55,746 nt of DNA, taken from positions 1-55,746 of the forward strand of contig DASUWQ010000242.1 in NCBI GenBank assembly GCA_036378375.1. The letters are read 5' to 3'. A program made the position numbers and the translations under genes. Source of the stretch: Chthoniobacterales bacterium. Lineage in GTDB: Bacteria; Verrucomicrobiota; Verrucomicrobiia; Chthoniobacterales; JAFAMB01. This document shows, one piece after another, positions 44,171-54,290 of the stretch. Numbering within the stretch: position 1 is the stretch's first letter; each line of letters opens with the position of its first letter. Below the pieces are notes generated by a model. The model was not told the DNA's origin. It was given only the letters and a program-made list of their open reading frames with translations, and made no database searches.

Positions 44171-45729
44171 CTTGGTTTCTGTTGGATAGCAACCTGCAGC
44201 CCCTTCTCCATCGACGAGATGCGATGGGCCGAATCGGTGGCGCCTGCCGCCCACTCTTCGATCTCTTCTGATTTGATCTCTCGAACAATCCGACCACCGG
44301 CCATAATCAGGATTCGATCGCTTAAAGCCAGAAGTTCGGCCGGTTCGGAAGAAATGATAATTGCGCCGTTACCCCGATTCACAAACTCCCGGATAATTTC
44401 GACGATTTCGGTTTTGCTGCCGATATCAACCCCCGCGGTGGGTTCATCAAGAATCAATACCACCGGTTTCACCGCCAGCCATTTCGCCAAAACGACTTTT
44501 TGCTGGTTACCGCCGGAAAGCGTCCGAACAGACTTTTCGGGTGACGCCGACTTGATTCGCAGTTGCTTGGTGTACTGCCGAACCAAGTCTCTTTCCGCGG
44601 ATTCCCGCATAAATCCATAACGAGACATACGACCAACGATTGGAAGAGTCAGATTGTCGGCGACACTGTGCTGGAACACTAAGCCTTGAGTCAGGCGATC
44701 CTCGGGGATCAAAGCGATTCCGGCTTTGAGCGCTGCTGCCGGCGAATTGATTTTTACCGGCTTGTCGTTCACGCGGAGCTCACCACTGACGATCGGTTGC
44801 ATTCCAAAGATAGACCTGGCCAGCGAACTGCGACCGCTCCCCATCAGTCCGGCAATGCCCACGATCTCACCTCTGCGAACGGTTAAGTCCGCTTGGATAG
44901 GGCGTGGTTTGGCACTCAGACTCGAAACGCGCAAGATCTCTTCGCCAGGCTTCTTCTGCCGGCTTTTCCGTTCAAATGCTCCGATTCTTCTGCCAACAAT
45001 TTGCTCTACAATCGCATCCAGCGATGTCTGGGCGATCTCGTTGGTCATCACATTGCGTCCATTCCGGATAACAGTGACCCGGTCTGAGATCCGGCGAATC
45101 TCTTCCATCCTGTGTGAAACATAAATGATCGACGCGTGAGATCGCTTTAGCCGGTCGAGGAATTCAAAGAGGTGATCGATCTCGGCCACACTCAAAGTCG
45201 ACGTTGGCTCGTCCATGATCAGAATGCTCGCCTCTTGCGAAAGGGCTTTGGCGATCTCGGTCAACTGCCGTTGGCCGGCACTCAGATTTTCAACTCGCCG
45301 GCGTGGATCGAGATTGACCCCGATCTTCTCTAGCAGGACACGCGCTTTTTTTAACGCCGCGCGATCGTCCAACATGCCGAAAGGACCCTTTGGTTCCCGG
45401 GTCAGAAATATGTTTTCGGCAACACTTAACGAGGGAACTAAGCTCATCTCTTGGAAGATCATGGCGATCCCCAACCGGCGGGCCATTTCCGGTGTATGTT
45501 CCTCTAGCGTTTGCCCGTTTATCCGGACTTCGCCCTTATCGGGCTTGTGGACGCCGGACAAGATCTTCAGAATTGTAGACTTGCCGGCGCCGTTTCCACC
45601 TAACAAGGCGTGGATCTCACCTTTGTGGAGGAAGAAATCGACCTGCTCCAGCGCGGTGACGCCGCCAAACGATTTGGCGATGCCAGTCATCGCTACAACG
45701 TCTACCCGCGATTGCTGACTCTGATTCAT
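44167..45729 (-). CDS. Sugar ABC transporter ATP-binding protein with duplicated ABC domains (RbsA/MglA-like)
   Basis: Walker A GGNGAGKST, signature LSAGQRQ, and a second half with LSGGNQQKV and LILDEPTAGVD. The ATG at 45729 (MNQSQQ) is preferred over the ORF-track start at 45849. Confidence 0.9.
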   Translation of the reverse strand: MNQSQQSRVDVVAMTGIAKSFGGVTALEQVDFFLHKGEIHALLGGNGAGKSTILKILSGVHKPDKGEVRINGQTLEEHTPEMARRLGIAMIFQEMSLVPSLSVAENIFLTREPKGPFGMLDDRAALKKARVLLEKIGVNLDPRRRVENLSAGQRQLTEIAKALSQEASILIMDEPTSTLSVAEIDHLFEFLDRLKRSHASIIYVSHRMEEIRRISDRVTVIRNGRNVMTNEIAQTSLDAIVEQIVGRRIGAFERKSRQKKPGEEILRVSSLSAKPRPIQADLTVRRGEIVGIAGLMGSGRSSLARSIFGMQPIVSGELRVNDKPVKINSPAAALKAGIALIPEDRLTQGLVFQHSVADNLTLPIVGRMSRYGFMRESAERDLVRQYTKQLRIKSASPEKSVRTLSGGNQQKVVLAKWLAVKPVVLILDEPTAGVDIGSKTEIVEIIREFVNRGNGAIIISSEPAELLALSDRILIMAGGRIVREIKSEEIEEWAAGATDSAHRISSMEKGLQVAIQQKPR

Positions 45730-45791
45730 CTCGGCAGAATCATCCAAAAATCGGCTTCCGCGGCGCCAACCTGCTCCAAGCCCCGAAAACC

Positions 45792-46919
45792 TTATTTCAT
45801 ACTGTCTTTGATACTGGCGGGCGGATCGACATGATAAACTTCCTTCCACGCCTCGAGCAAGTTGTCGCGGGTGACGGGTAGAGCAGGCAACGCCACATAC
45901 GCCGGCGCAGGTTTACCGAGTAATCCATAGCCGGCGAGCAAGGCCTCCGTCATCCCTTGATCATAGGGTCTTTGTGCACCCAGACCTTTCACCAAACCGT
46001 TCTGAGCCATTTCAATAGCTACGTTCAACCCCAAGTCGATCGTGGTAATCACCAACTCATCTTTCCCAGCTGATCGAGCAGCCGACATAACTCCTTCCGC
46101 TGGCACATCCCACACCACCCAGATACCATTCAAATTCCGATTCGATGTCAGCATGGCGGAAGCAGCTTTGTCTCCATCGCCGGAGAAATCGGGACCGCCG
46201 ATCCCTTGTTCAGCCACGATCTTGATGTCGGGATAATCCTTTTGGATCGTATTTTTAAAAGCTTCGTAACGCTGGCGCGTAACAAAAAAATCAGCAGCAT
46301 GATAGACCAACCCGATCTGCCCTTTGCCTTTCAAGAACTTCGCCATCAGGTGAGCCGCCACTACCCCGTTCCCATAATTATCCGCTGAAACCACGCTAAC
46401 GTAGTCTTTTCCCGGTTCTAAGCCTTTGGGAACGTTGTCCATAAACACCAACTTGACTCCTTGTTGGCTGGCCTTCTGATAGGCTGCCGCGGTGGCAACA
46501 GGGTCGGTAGGAATAGAAACAATGATCTGGGGTTTTTGGGCGAGTACGGTTTCGATATCAGCAACTTGTTTTTCCGGCTTAAACCCGGCGTCCGTTACCG
46601 CGACCACCTCGATTCCCATTTTTTCAAACTGCGCCTTTAATCCGGCTACCTGGGCCTGCGACCAGTCATTCCCCGAATAATGCATCACGATGGCGGCCTT
46701 CGCCTTTAGCCCCTTGATCTTGTCGATCTCTTGGGGGGTAAGACTCACCGAGCTTGGCGAGGCGGGATCTTCACCGTGTGGACCTTTACTTAACGGCTTC
46801 TGCTGAATCTCGGCTAAAGCCTTAGTTGGATCGACAGATTGCGCCCCGGCGAATTGGGTGATGCTGGCGGCTAGTAAAAGAGCAAACAGAGTTGGTTTTG
46901 GGGGGATGGCTCTTCTCAT
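45792..46919 (-). CDS. Sugar ABC transporter periplasmic substrate-binding protein (PBP type I)
   Basis: Signal peptide and a ribose-binding-like fold pattern. It is first in the ABC operon. Confidence 0.85.
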   Translation of the reverse strand: MRRAIPPKPTLFALLLAASITQFAGAQSVDPTKALAEIQQKPLSKGPHGEDPASPSSVSLTPQEIDKIKGLKAKAAIVMHYSGNDWSQAQVAGLKAQFEKMGIEVVAVTDAGFKPEKQVADIETVLAQKPQIIVSIPTDPVATAAAYQKASQQGVKLVFMDNVPKGLEPGKDYVSVVSADNYGNGVVAAHLMAKFLKGKGQIGLVYHAADFFVTRQRYEAFKNTIQKDYPDIKIVAEQGIGGPDFSGDGDKAASAMLTSNRNLNGIWVVWDVPAEGVMSAARSAGKDELVITTIDLGLNVAIEMAQNGLVKGLGAQRPYDQGMTEALLAGYGLLGKPAPAYVALPALPVTRDNLLEAWKEVYHVDPPASIKDSMK

Positions 46920-46972
46920 AACTTGGAGTTTGATTAGGTCACTATTAGGGAAACGTCGAAGATGGTTGCCGG

Positions 46973-47809
46973 CTAACCTTTTGGTCGCGTCTCGAATTCA
47001 TTCAGATAACGCAGACTCTTTTCAGCCCCAGCCTTCGGATTGTCATAGGAATCCAGTTCGACCAAGAGCCAGCCGGAGTAGTTAATGGTCATAAGCGCCC
47101 GAAGGATTTTCTCTATGCCCAGTTCTCCTTCCCCTAAGGGAAGAAAGGCAAATGGATCAGAACGAAAATCCTTGAGGTGAACATAGCTGATACGGTCAGC
47201 GTGATTGAGGATTAACTCCTCCGGACGACCGCCGGCCGCCGCCAAATGCGCAGTATCCGGACAAAACTGGATATCGGAGAGACTGAAAACCTTTTGGATC
47301 TGTTCAGGAGTTTCCGCCATCGTGGTGAGATGAGGATGGTAGTGGGCATCCAGGCCGCGTTCCCACGCGATCTCCACCACGCGATTCAGGCCTTCGGCTA
47401 AGCGTCCGTAATCCTCTTGAGTCGCAGCCGTCGTTCGCTTAGCGCCGCCGCCCACCACCAGATGCTTAGCTCCGAGCTGGGAGGCAAGGTCTGCTCCCTT
47501 GCGGATCCGCCACAATTCTTCCTGCAAAATCTCAGGAAAGATGAAATTAGCGCCGCTATAAACTGCGACCAAAGAGAGCCCCGCATCTGACAAACGCTGT
47601 CCTAACTCAGCGGTTTTGGCCTCATAGTCGAGCAGGTTGCCGTCGAATAGCTCAATGCCTTCGTAGCCCGCCGAGCCGATATCCGCGATAGCGCGGTCCA
47701 TGTCGCCGAAAGTCCGGTAGTAAAGATCTTTGATAGAAGTAACTCCCACTGGCGCTCCGCCAAGAGCGCCCCAACAGTTGGCATGATAAGCTTTCTTCCA
47801 GTGCGGCAT
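46973..47809 (-). CDS. Xylose-isomerase-like TIM-barrel protein (sugar phosphate isomerase/epimerase family)
   Basis: 278 aa with family-typical GYEGIEL, HLVVGGG, HPH and VELD segments. Confidence 0.8.
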   Translation of the reverse strand: MPHWKKAYHANCWGALGGAPVGVTSIKDLYYRTFGDMDRAIADIGSAGYEGIELFDGNLLDYEAKTAELGQRLSDAGLSLVAVYSGANFIFPEILQEELWRIRKGADLASQLGAKHLVVGGGAKRTTAATQEDYGRLAEGLNRVVEIAWERGLDAHYHPHLTTMAETPEQIQKVFSLSDIQFCPDTAHLAAAGGRPEELILNHADRISYVHLKDFRSDPFAFLPLGEGELGIEKILRALMTINYSGWLLVELDSYDNPKAGAEKSLRYLNEFETRPKG

Positions 47810-47825
47810 GGACGATTCTTTCTGG

Positions 47826-49490
47826 TTAGGACTGCAGGCTTTGAAGGGATTTGCGGTCAGAGTTGTAACGAGCGCCGATGTAGTCGGCGATTCGCCAGGC
47901 GTTGGCCATTATCGTCAAAGTGGGATTCGCCCCAGTTCCGGTCGGGAACGGTCCGCCATCGATTACGAACAAATTGTCAACCTCATGGGCCTGGCACCAT
48001 TTGTTGAGTACTGAGGTCTTCGGGTCGTCGCCCATCCGGGTCGTTCCATGCTGGTGCGAGCAGTTGCCACTAATACGATCGGGATAGACTCGATGAATTT
48101 TTTTCGCTCCGGCCGCTCCCAGAATCTCGGCGTTACGGTCGATAACCCACCGCCCCATTTTCAAATCATTCTCGTGAATTTTGTTAGTGATTCGAGCGAC
48201 CGGCAGACCCCAGGCATCGGTGACTTTCTCATCGAGCTCCACGCGGTTTTCATGCTGCGGCATGTCGTGTAAAACCATGCCGATCGCGAACGTGTGATTG
48301 AAATAGTCCCGGTCGATTTGCTTGGCCTGTGCACCCCACAGCGGCCGGTCAGGTAAACTCCAATTGATCGGCAGCGGAATACCAACACCGGCAGCTGCGA
48401 TATGGCAGCCACTAACAAATCCCCGCTTCTCGTCATGCTCGTAAAACTCGAAGCTACTGGCTGCGACATACCCTCCGCCGGCCCAGGCATAGATCGGATC
48501 GTCGAAAACGCCGACGGCAGCACTGTACTCGTGGAAAGTCGCGTTGCGTCCAACCAAATCGCTCCCATTGGCAAGTCCGCGAGGAAATCGCGAAGACTTC
48601 GAAAGCAGCAACAGGCGGGCAGATTCTATTGCTCCGCAGCCGAGGAGAAACACATCTGCTTCCTGCTCGATGAAATCGCCATCGACATCCTGATACACGG
48701 CGCTTTTGCAGCGCCCATGCTGATCGACGACGATCTCATGAACATAGCAGTCCGGGCGCAGATCGTAGCGACCGGTCTTCAAGGCGTCAGGAATGAAAAC
48801 GGACAACGCACTGGATCGCGTCCCGGTCGGGTCGCCATGCTGCTGAGCGAAGGCGCTCTGAACGGTGACCTGCCGTCCATTGTACGGCCGGGACAACGCC
48901 GCCATTGGCGTGGGAAACGCGTTGTACCCAAGCTTGCGACAGCCTTCGTAAAACTTTCGCCCATACCGTGTCGTCGGCAAAGGCGGACACGGATAATCAT
49001 CGCTGCGAGCTGATTCGTACTTGTTGACGCCGCCAGCACCAGACACGCCGAAGGCCCACTCCACCTTTGTATAGTAGGGTTCGATGTCGCGATAAGAGAT
49101 AGGCCAATCAACCAGTGTCGTTCCGGACGGTTGGCCTGCGATTGTCTGTAGCCTGAAATCATTCTCGGTAAAACGAGGCAACCAACCCTGCCAATGGACC
49201 GTACCGCCCCCAACCATCTGCGGCACGGGGCAAAACAGCTCGATCTTCGCCTCTTTGCTTGCCGATTCCCGATAGGTGCGCGGATTGAGAATCGGGTCTG
49301 GCCAAAGATTGTAACGGTTGACGTTGGCCAGCTCATCGCCACTGAACGTTTCCCGTTTGCGCCACGGTCCTCGCTCCAGCCCCACGACTCGCAGGCCCTG
49401 CTCGGTTAGTACTTTCGCGGCAGTCGCACCAGAAGCACCGGCCCCGATTATGACAATATCCGCTCGCTCAGGTTTACGTTTTTGAACCAT
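47826..49490 (-). CDS. GMC-family FAD-dependent oxidoreductase
   Basis: N-terminal ADIVIIGAGASGATAAKVL dinucleotide fold, and the C-terminal GMC signature HQHGTTRMG...NLFVIDGGPFPT. Confidence 0.88.
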   Translation of the reverse strand: MVQKRKPERADIVIIGAGASGATAAKVLTEQGLRVVGLERGPWRKRETFSGDELANVNRYNLWPDPILNPRTYRESASKEAKIELFCPVPQMVGGGTVHWQGWLPRFTENDFRLQTIAGQPSGTTLVDWPISYRDIEPYYTKVEWAFGVSGAGGVNKYESARSDDYPCPPLPTTRYGRKFYEGCRKLGYNAFPTPMAALSRPYNGRQVTVQSAFAQQHGDPTGTRSSALSVFIPDALKTGRYDLRPDCYVHEIVVDQHGRCKSAVYQDVDGDFIEQEADVFLLGCGAIESARLLLLSKSSRFPRGLANGSDLVGRNATFHEYSAAVGVFDDPIYAWAGGGYVAASSFEFYEHDEKRGFVSGCHIAAAGVGIPLPINWSLPDRPLWGAQAKQIDRDYFNHTFAIGMVLHDMPQHENRVELDEKVTDAWGLPVARITNKIHENDLKMGRWVIDRNAEILGAAGAKKIHRVYPDRISGNCSHQHGTTRMGDDPKTSVLNKWCQAHEVDNLFVIDGGPFPTGTGANPTLTIMANAWRIADYIGARYNSDRKSLQSLQS

Positions 49491-50127
49491 GATTCTTTTC
49501 CTGAGTCCAATCGACTTCTTCCTCAGCGAAGAACGGTAATGTCGTGAAGCGGCCAGCGTGGGTCTCCGCTAACGATTCGGGTCCGGCAAACCCGATCAAT
49601 TTCCAACCGATGCGGTCTTTGTTCCCTCCGTAGATCGGGTCGGAGTAGAAACCCTGCCGAGTGTGAAGCGTCAGCAGTTGAAAAAAGTCGAGATCGATCT
49701 CGGCGCTCGTCTGCTGCAAGGCAGGCTCGACCGGACCAACGGTAGCCTGTGCTTCAAAAGCTGCGGGTCCGGGGGCCGTTCCCCGCTCCATGTCAGTTAA
49801 GGTATGATCTTGCTGATTACCAGTCAGGAATACGAACTCGGCGCCGAACCGGGAAGCGCTTTTTTGATCCAGTTCCTTGATCCCCTCAACATATTTTGTC
49901 CGCAAAATCGCGATGCGTTGGCGCCAAGCGTCGGCGCGCTTACGCTCAAGTTTTTCGAATCCGCTCCCGTCCGGTCTAGCGTAAATGAAATCGACGCCTG
50001 ACAGGTAGCGGTCGAGGAATTCGATAGTATTGGCCTCTCTCGCGCCTGGCTGATCGTCGGTTGGAATTATTCGAGCCATTGCCGCTTCGATGGTCGCGCG
50101 CTGATGCGAATTGAAAAACGTTGCCAT
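49474..50127 (-). CDS. Gluconate 2-dehydrogenase subunit 3-family small subunit
   Basis: MATFFNSHQRATIEAAMARIIPTDDQPGAREA is the typical family N-terminus. No twin-arginine signal is evident. The ATG at 50127 is preferred over the ORF-track start at 50277. Confidence 0.75.
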   Translation of the reverse strand: MATFFNSHQRATIEAAMARIIPTDDQPGAREANTIEFLDRYLSGVDFIYARPDGSGFEKLERKRADAWRQRIAILRTKYVEGIKELDQKSASRFGAEFVFLTGNQQDHTLTDMERGTAPGPAAFEAQATVGPVEPALQQTSAEIDLDFFQLLTLHTRQGFYSDPIYGGNKDRIGWKLIGFAGPESLAETHAGRFTTLPFFAEEEVDWTQEKNHGSKT

Positions 50128-50328
50128 GTTTGAAGAGAGGCGATCGTATCGATTTGTAACTGACTGCGGGGGTAGTTTGACCAATTTTAACCAATTCAGG
50201 TTAAAACTCGCTTCAAAGTTCTTGAATATTACGTAAAATTTGTAGCAACTCGTGCTTCGAGTCAAGGTGAAAGCCAAATAATCCGAAATTAAGCGGACAA
50301 AGGGAACAAAATTGACGCAGGAGCGTAA

Positions 50329-52356
50329 TTATTTACGTAAATTCCTGATGGCCGTTTCGAGTGAATCCGGCATTCTCTCATGTAAGATATCTTTCCAGGC
50401 GCGACCGAGATTCTTGGGCTCAACCACATAGGGCGGCACTCCGATATACTTGTATCGCTGATCTCCCAGAAGCGCTTTCGCGGTCGCTAATCCCACCGCA
50501 ATCCCCTGCTCGTACGGCTTCTGCGAGCTGATCCCTTTTACGAACTGACCGTTGGCCAGGTAGGTCGCGATTTCGATGTCGAGATCAAAAGTCACGATCA
50601 TCACATCTTCGCGGTGAAGCTCTTTGAGAGCGCGGATCGCGTTAAGCGCAGGGCCGTCCCAGGAAACATAGAGACCTTCGATTTCGGGATGCTCAGACAA
50701 CATCTCGTGACATACTTCGTAGGCTCTGGGCATTTCGTAGAAGTACCGGGAGTCGACGATTTTGACACTTCCCTGATAGTTCTCTCTGATCACTTGTTCT
50801 GCCGCCAGATCCCGCAAACGCGTGCCGTAGAACGGCGCCCCATGGTTGATGAAGCCAACCTTTGCTGCTTTGCGATGCTTGAAAAACTCGCCTAGGAGCG
50901 TACCCGCATTACGGCCGTTTTCCTGCTCGTTCACCGAAACACAGGAAGCGTAATCCTCCTTGGTAAAACCCTCAGGCACGTTGCTGATAAAGATGAGCTT
51001 TGTCTCCTTGGCGATATCTCTGAATTTATGAGCGGTCGCTTTATCATCAGTTGGGATTGCGATAACTGCGTTCGGATGCAGCATCCGTATACCCTCTAGC
51101 TGGGTGATTTGAAGCCGGGGATCAAAATGCGAATCCGTCACAGCAACAACCTTAATTCCAACCTTTTGCAAGGTATCCCGGATCCCCCCCTCGTGAAGGC
51201 GAGCCCAAGCGGTGCCACAATAATGGAACGAAATTCCTACGCGGTAATCTCCCGCGCGCAGAGCTTCGATTTCTTTGTCAGAAAGAATTAGCTCATCGGG
51301 AGAGGTGGCGATCTCTCCGAATGGTCCCTTCCCGATAATTTGGGTCGACTTACGTATGGACAGGTGCACGGGAACGCGATTCTCCACGCGACCGTCGGGA
51401 GCATTAGCGATTTTCTTCAGCACACTTTCGGCCGCCAGACGCCCCATTGCTTGGATATCCTGTCGGAGTACGGTGAGCGGAGGGGAAGCGATCGAACACC
51501 AGTCGCGGTCTCCAAATCCGACAATGGAAATGTCCTGGGGGCAGCTTAGGCCCATTCTCTCGATAATCGACAGTAGCTGTAAGGTAAGCTTGTTCCCGCC
51601 GGCAATCACCGCCGACGGTGGATCGTTCTCGAGCGCGTTCTTGATGGTCGCTTCACTCGATCCAACTGTGCGATCCACCATCACAACCAGGGTTTCCCGA
51701 AAGGCGATCCCGTGATCGATGAGAGCGTTTTTGTAGCCGTCGAGCCGCTCGGCGCTCGTTGTTGCCAACGGGCTTTCCAAAAGGATCGCGATGTTTTCGT
51801 GACCGCTTTTGATCAGGTGGAGTGTACCTTCGTACATCGCACCCGAGTTATCGGAGATCACGGAATCCACTCTTTCATCTCGGATGGGGCGATCGAGACA
51901 CACGAAGGGTAGACCCGCCGAGATGAGCTTTGCGTACTCCTGGGGGCTCTCGCTGGCAGGCGTCAATACGATGCCGGCAACACGTTTGTTCGTAATGAGC
52001 TGACCCAAGACATGCTTTTCCCTCCTGAGATCGCCGTTGGTTGCGTACATCGACAGGATGAAGCCCTGCGCTGCCACATGCTCCGACAGAACCACCGCCG
52101 CCTGAGAACTGATCGTACTGGCGATGTCTGGCACCACGAAAGCAATCTCAGACTGCCTTCCGACCCGCATTACATTCGCTTTGGTCTGAATCTTGGCTCG
52201 ATAGCCTGTCCGATCGATGATGTCGTTAACCCTGGCCTCCACCTCAGCGCTCACGTAGCGGGTTTTGTTAATGACGTGGGAGACGGTAGCGATCGAAACC
52301 CCGGCCTGAACGGCGACATCTTTTATCGTGACGTTGACCTTGCGAACCTCTTTCAC
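50329..52356 (-). CDS. LacI-family transcriptional regulator fused to a second periplasmic-binding-protein-like sugar-binding domain (675 aa)
   Basis: The N-terminal HTH is VTIKDVAVQAGVSIATVSHVINKTRYVS. A first PBP1 domain runs to about residue 335. A second PBP1-like domain follows (YRVGISFHYCGTAWARL...VVAVTDSHFDP...). Confidence 0.8.
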   Translation of the reverse strand: MKEVRKVNVTIKDVAVQAGVSIATVSHVINKTRYVSAEVEARVNDIIDRTGYRAKIQTKANVMRVGRQSEIAFVVPDIASTISSQAAVVLSEHVAAQGFILSMYATNGDLRREKHVLGQLITNKRVAGIVLTPASESPQEYAKLISAGLPFVCLDRPIRDERVDSVISDNSGAMYEGTLHLIKSGHENIAILLESPLATTSAERLDGYKNALIDHGIAFRETLVVMVDRTVGSSEATIKNALENDPPSAVIAGGNKLTLQLLSIIERMGLSCPQDISIVGFGDRDWCSIASPPLTVLRQDIQAMGRLAAESVLKKIANAPDGRVENRVPVHLSIRKSTQIIGKGPFGEIATSPDELILSDKEIEALRAGDYRVGISFHYCGTAWARLHEGGIRDTLQKVGIKVVAVTDSHFDPRLQITQLEGIRMLHPNAVIAIPTDDKATAHKFRDIAKETKLIFISNVPEGFTKEDYASCVSVNEQENGRNAGTLLGEFFKHRKAAKVGFINHGAPFYGTRLRDLAAEQVIRENYQGSVKIVDSRYFYEMPRAYEVCHEMLSEHPEIEGLYVSWDGPALNAIRALKELHREDVMIVTFDLDIEIATYLANGQFVKGISSQKPYEQGIAVGLATAKALLGDQRYKYIGVPPYVVEPKNLGRAWKDILHERMPDSLETAIRNLRK

Positions 52357-52504
52357 TCGGAATTTACGTAAAAAATATCACCGATTTCGTAAACTTGGAA
52401 GCCACAAGGCACGTGTCCGCAAACAGATTTCTCGGCGGAATCGCTTGTTTAACGATCGCCCATGAATAAAGGGGAGGAGGATACCTCGTCTTTGCAACTG
52501 CTAA

Positions 52505-52984
52505 ATGGACCATTTGCTCGAACTTCTCCAACAGAACTCAAAACTGTCTCTCAGCGAACTAAGTAAACTCCTCGGACTGCCGATTCCCGAAATTCAGCAG
52601 AAGATCGCCGACTACGAGAAGAAGGGCGTCATCCTGGCTTATCAAGCGGTCGTCGACCCGGAGAAGCTCGACGTCGATTCCGTCACCGCTTATATCGAAG
52701 TGCGGATCACACCGGAACGAGGCGGAGGGTTCGATCGCCTGGCTCAACGTATAGCCCGATTTGACGAAGTAAAAAGTTGTTGGCTGATGAGCGGTGGCTA
52801 CGATCTAGCGGTTATCGTGGAAGGAGGAAACCTGAGACAGATCGCCCATTTCGTTTCGGAAAAGTTAAGCACCGTAGAAGGCGTGATTGCCACAGCCACT
52901 CGTTTCCGATTGAAGACTTACAAACAAAACGGGGTACTGCTTAGTGAACCGCCTCCCGTTGAACGATTGCCGGTTACGCCATGA
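52505..52984 (+). CDS. Lrp/AsnC-family transcriptional regulator
   Basis: The HTH is LSLSELSKLLGLPIPEIQQKIADYEKKGVI, followed by a RAM/AsnC_trans_reg C-terminal domain. Confidence 0.85.
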   Translation: MDHLLELLQQNSKLSLSELSKLLGLPIPEIQQKIADYEKKGVILAYQAVVDPEKLDVDSVTAYIEVRITPERGGGFDRLAQRIARFDEVKSCWLMSGGYDLAVIVEGGNLRQIAHFVSEKLSTVEGVIATATRFRLKTYKQNGVLLSEPPPVERLPVTP

Positions 52985-54168
52985 ATCCTCCTCAGGATTT
53001 TTCCAGATTCATCGCGGATCAAGTTTCGGCCATCCCCAAGTCGGGTATTAGGGACTTTTTCGAGGTGGTCCAATCGATGACCGATGTCATTTCGCTTGGA
53101 ATCGGCGAACCGGACTACGTTACTCCCTGGCGAATTCGCGAGGCGGCGATCTTTGCGATGGAGAAGGGTAAAACCGGCTACACCTCGAATCTTGGTTTAC
53201 CTCGGCTCCGAGAATCCATCGCTTCGTATCTTTCGCGACGGTACCACGTCGACTACGATGCGAAGCGCGAAGTGCTGGTAACAGTTGGTGTCTCCGAAGC
53301 ACTCGATCTAGCTCTGCGAGCAATCGTGAATCCAGGTGACGAGATCATCTATCACGAGCCAAGCTACGTGTCGTACAACCCGAGTATCGTTCTGGCCGGA
53401 GGCAAACCGGTTTCCGTCTCTACTCGGGCCGAGAATGGCTTCAGCCTGTCAGCGACCGATCTTGAGTCGAAGATCACTCCCCGCACTAAGGCTTTGTTGC
53501 TTAGCTTCCCGACAAACCCGACCGGTGGCGTTTTATCATTTGAAGAACTCCGTTCGATCGCCGCAGTTTGCCGCCAGCACGACATCATGGTGTTGGCAGA
53601 CGAAATTTACTCTGAGTTAACCTATGACGGCGTCCAGCATGTTTCTCTCGCTAGTCTACCTGGAATGCGCGAGCGAACGATTCTGCTGAACGGTTGCTCC
53701 AAATCCTTCGCTATGACCGGATTTCGCGTTGGTTACGCCTGCGCGCCTGCCCCGATCATTGAGGCGATGATGAAGGTTCATCAATACGCCATCATGTGCG
53801 CTTCAATCATGTCACAGGAGGCAGCCATTGAAGCCCTGGATCATTGCGCCAGGGAAGTGGAAGAAATGCGGAACGATTATCAGCGCCGGCGAAATTTCGT
53901 GGTCAGCCGGTTAAACGAAATCGGGTTGCCCTGCCATTCGCCGAAAGGCGCCTTTTACGTGTTTCCGGATATTCGCCCGACCAAGCGGACGAGCCTCGAA
54001 TTCTGTTTAGGTCTTTTGAAAGAGATGAAGGTTGCCGTCGTACCGGGAAGCGCCTTTGGGGAATCCGGGGAAGGCTTCGCGCGCTGCTGTTTCGCCACTA
54101 GCCTGGTAAAGCTCCAAGAGGCGATGAACCGGATCGAGACGTACTTGCAAAAGCTCGGGGCAGAATAA
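52981..54168 (+). CDS. Class I/II pyridoxal-phosphate aminotransferase (aspartate/aromatic type)
   Basis: LGIGEPDY, NPTG, DEIYSEL and the PLP-lysine motif SKSFAMTGFRVGY. It overlaps the Lrp gene by 4 nt. Confidence 0.9.
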   Translation: MNPPQDFSRFIADQVSAIPKSGIRDFFEVVQSMTDVISLGIGEPDYVTPWRIREAAIFAMEKGKTGYTSNLGLPRLRESIASYLSRRYHVDYDAKREVLVTVGVSEALDLALRAIVNPGDEIIYHEPSYVSYNPSIVLAGGKPVSVSTRAENGFSLSATDLESKITPRTKALLLSFPTNPTGGVLSFEELRSIAAVCRQHDIMVLADEIYSELTYDGVQHVSLASLPGMRERTILLNGCSKSFAMTGFRVGYACAPAPIIEAMMKVHQYAIMCASIMSQEAAIEALDHCAREVEEMRNDYQRRRNFVVSRLNEIGLPCHSPKGAFYVFPDIRPTKRTSLEFCLGLLKEMKVAVVPGSAFGESGEGFARCCFATSLVKLQEAMNRIETYLQKLGAE

Positions 54169-54290
54169 GCGGTTCGATTCAATCCAGATAATTGTAACCG
54201 CATGGAATGAAGGGTCACATTGTTCCAGAGCCTTGACGGAGGGGCATTGCATTCCGCTTGCCGAGCCGAAACCTCTCCGAACCCCCACCC

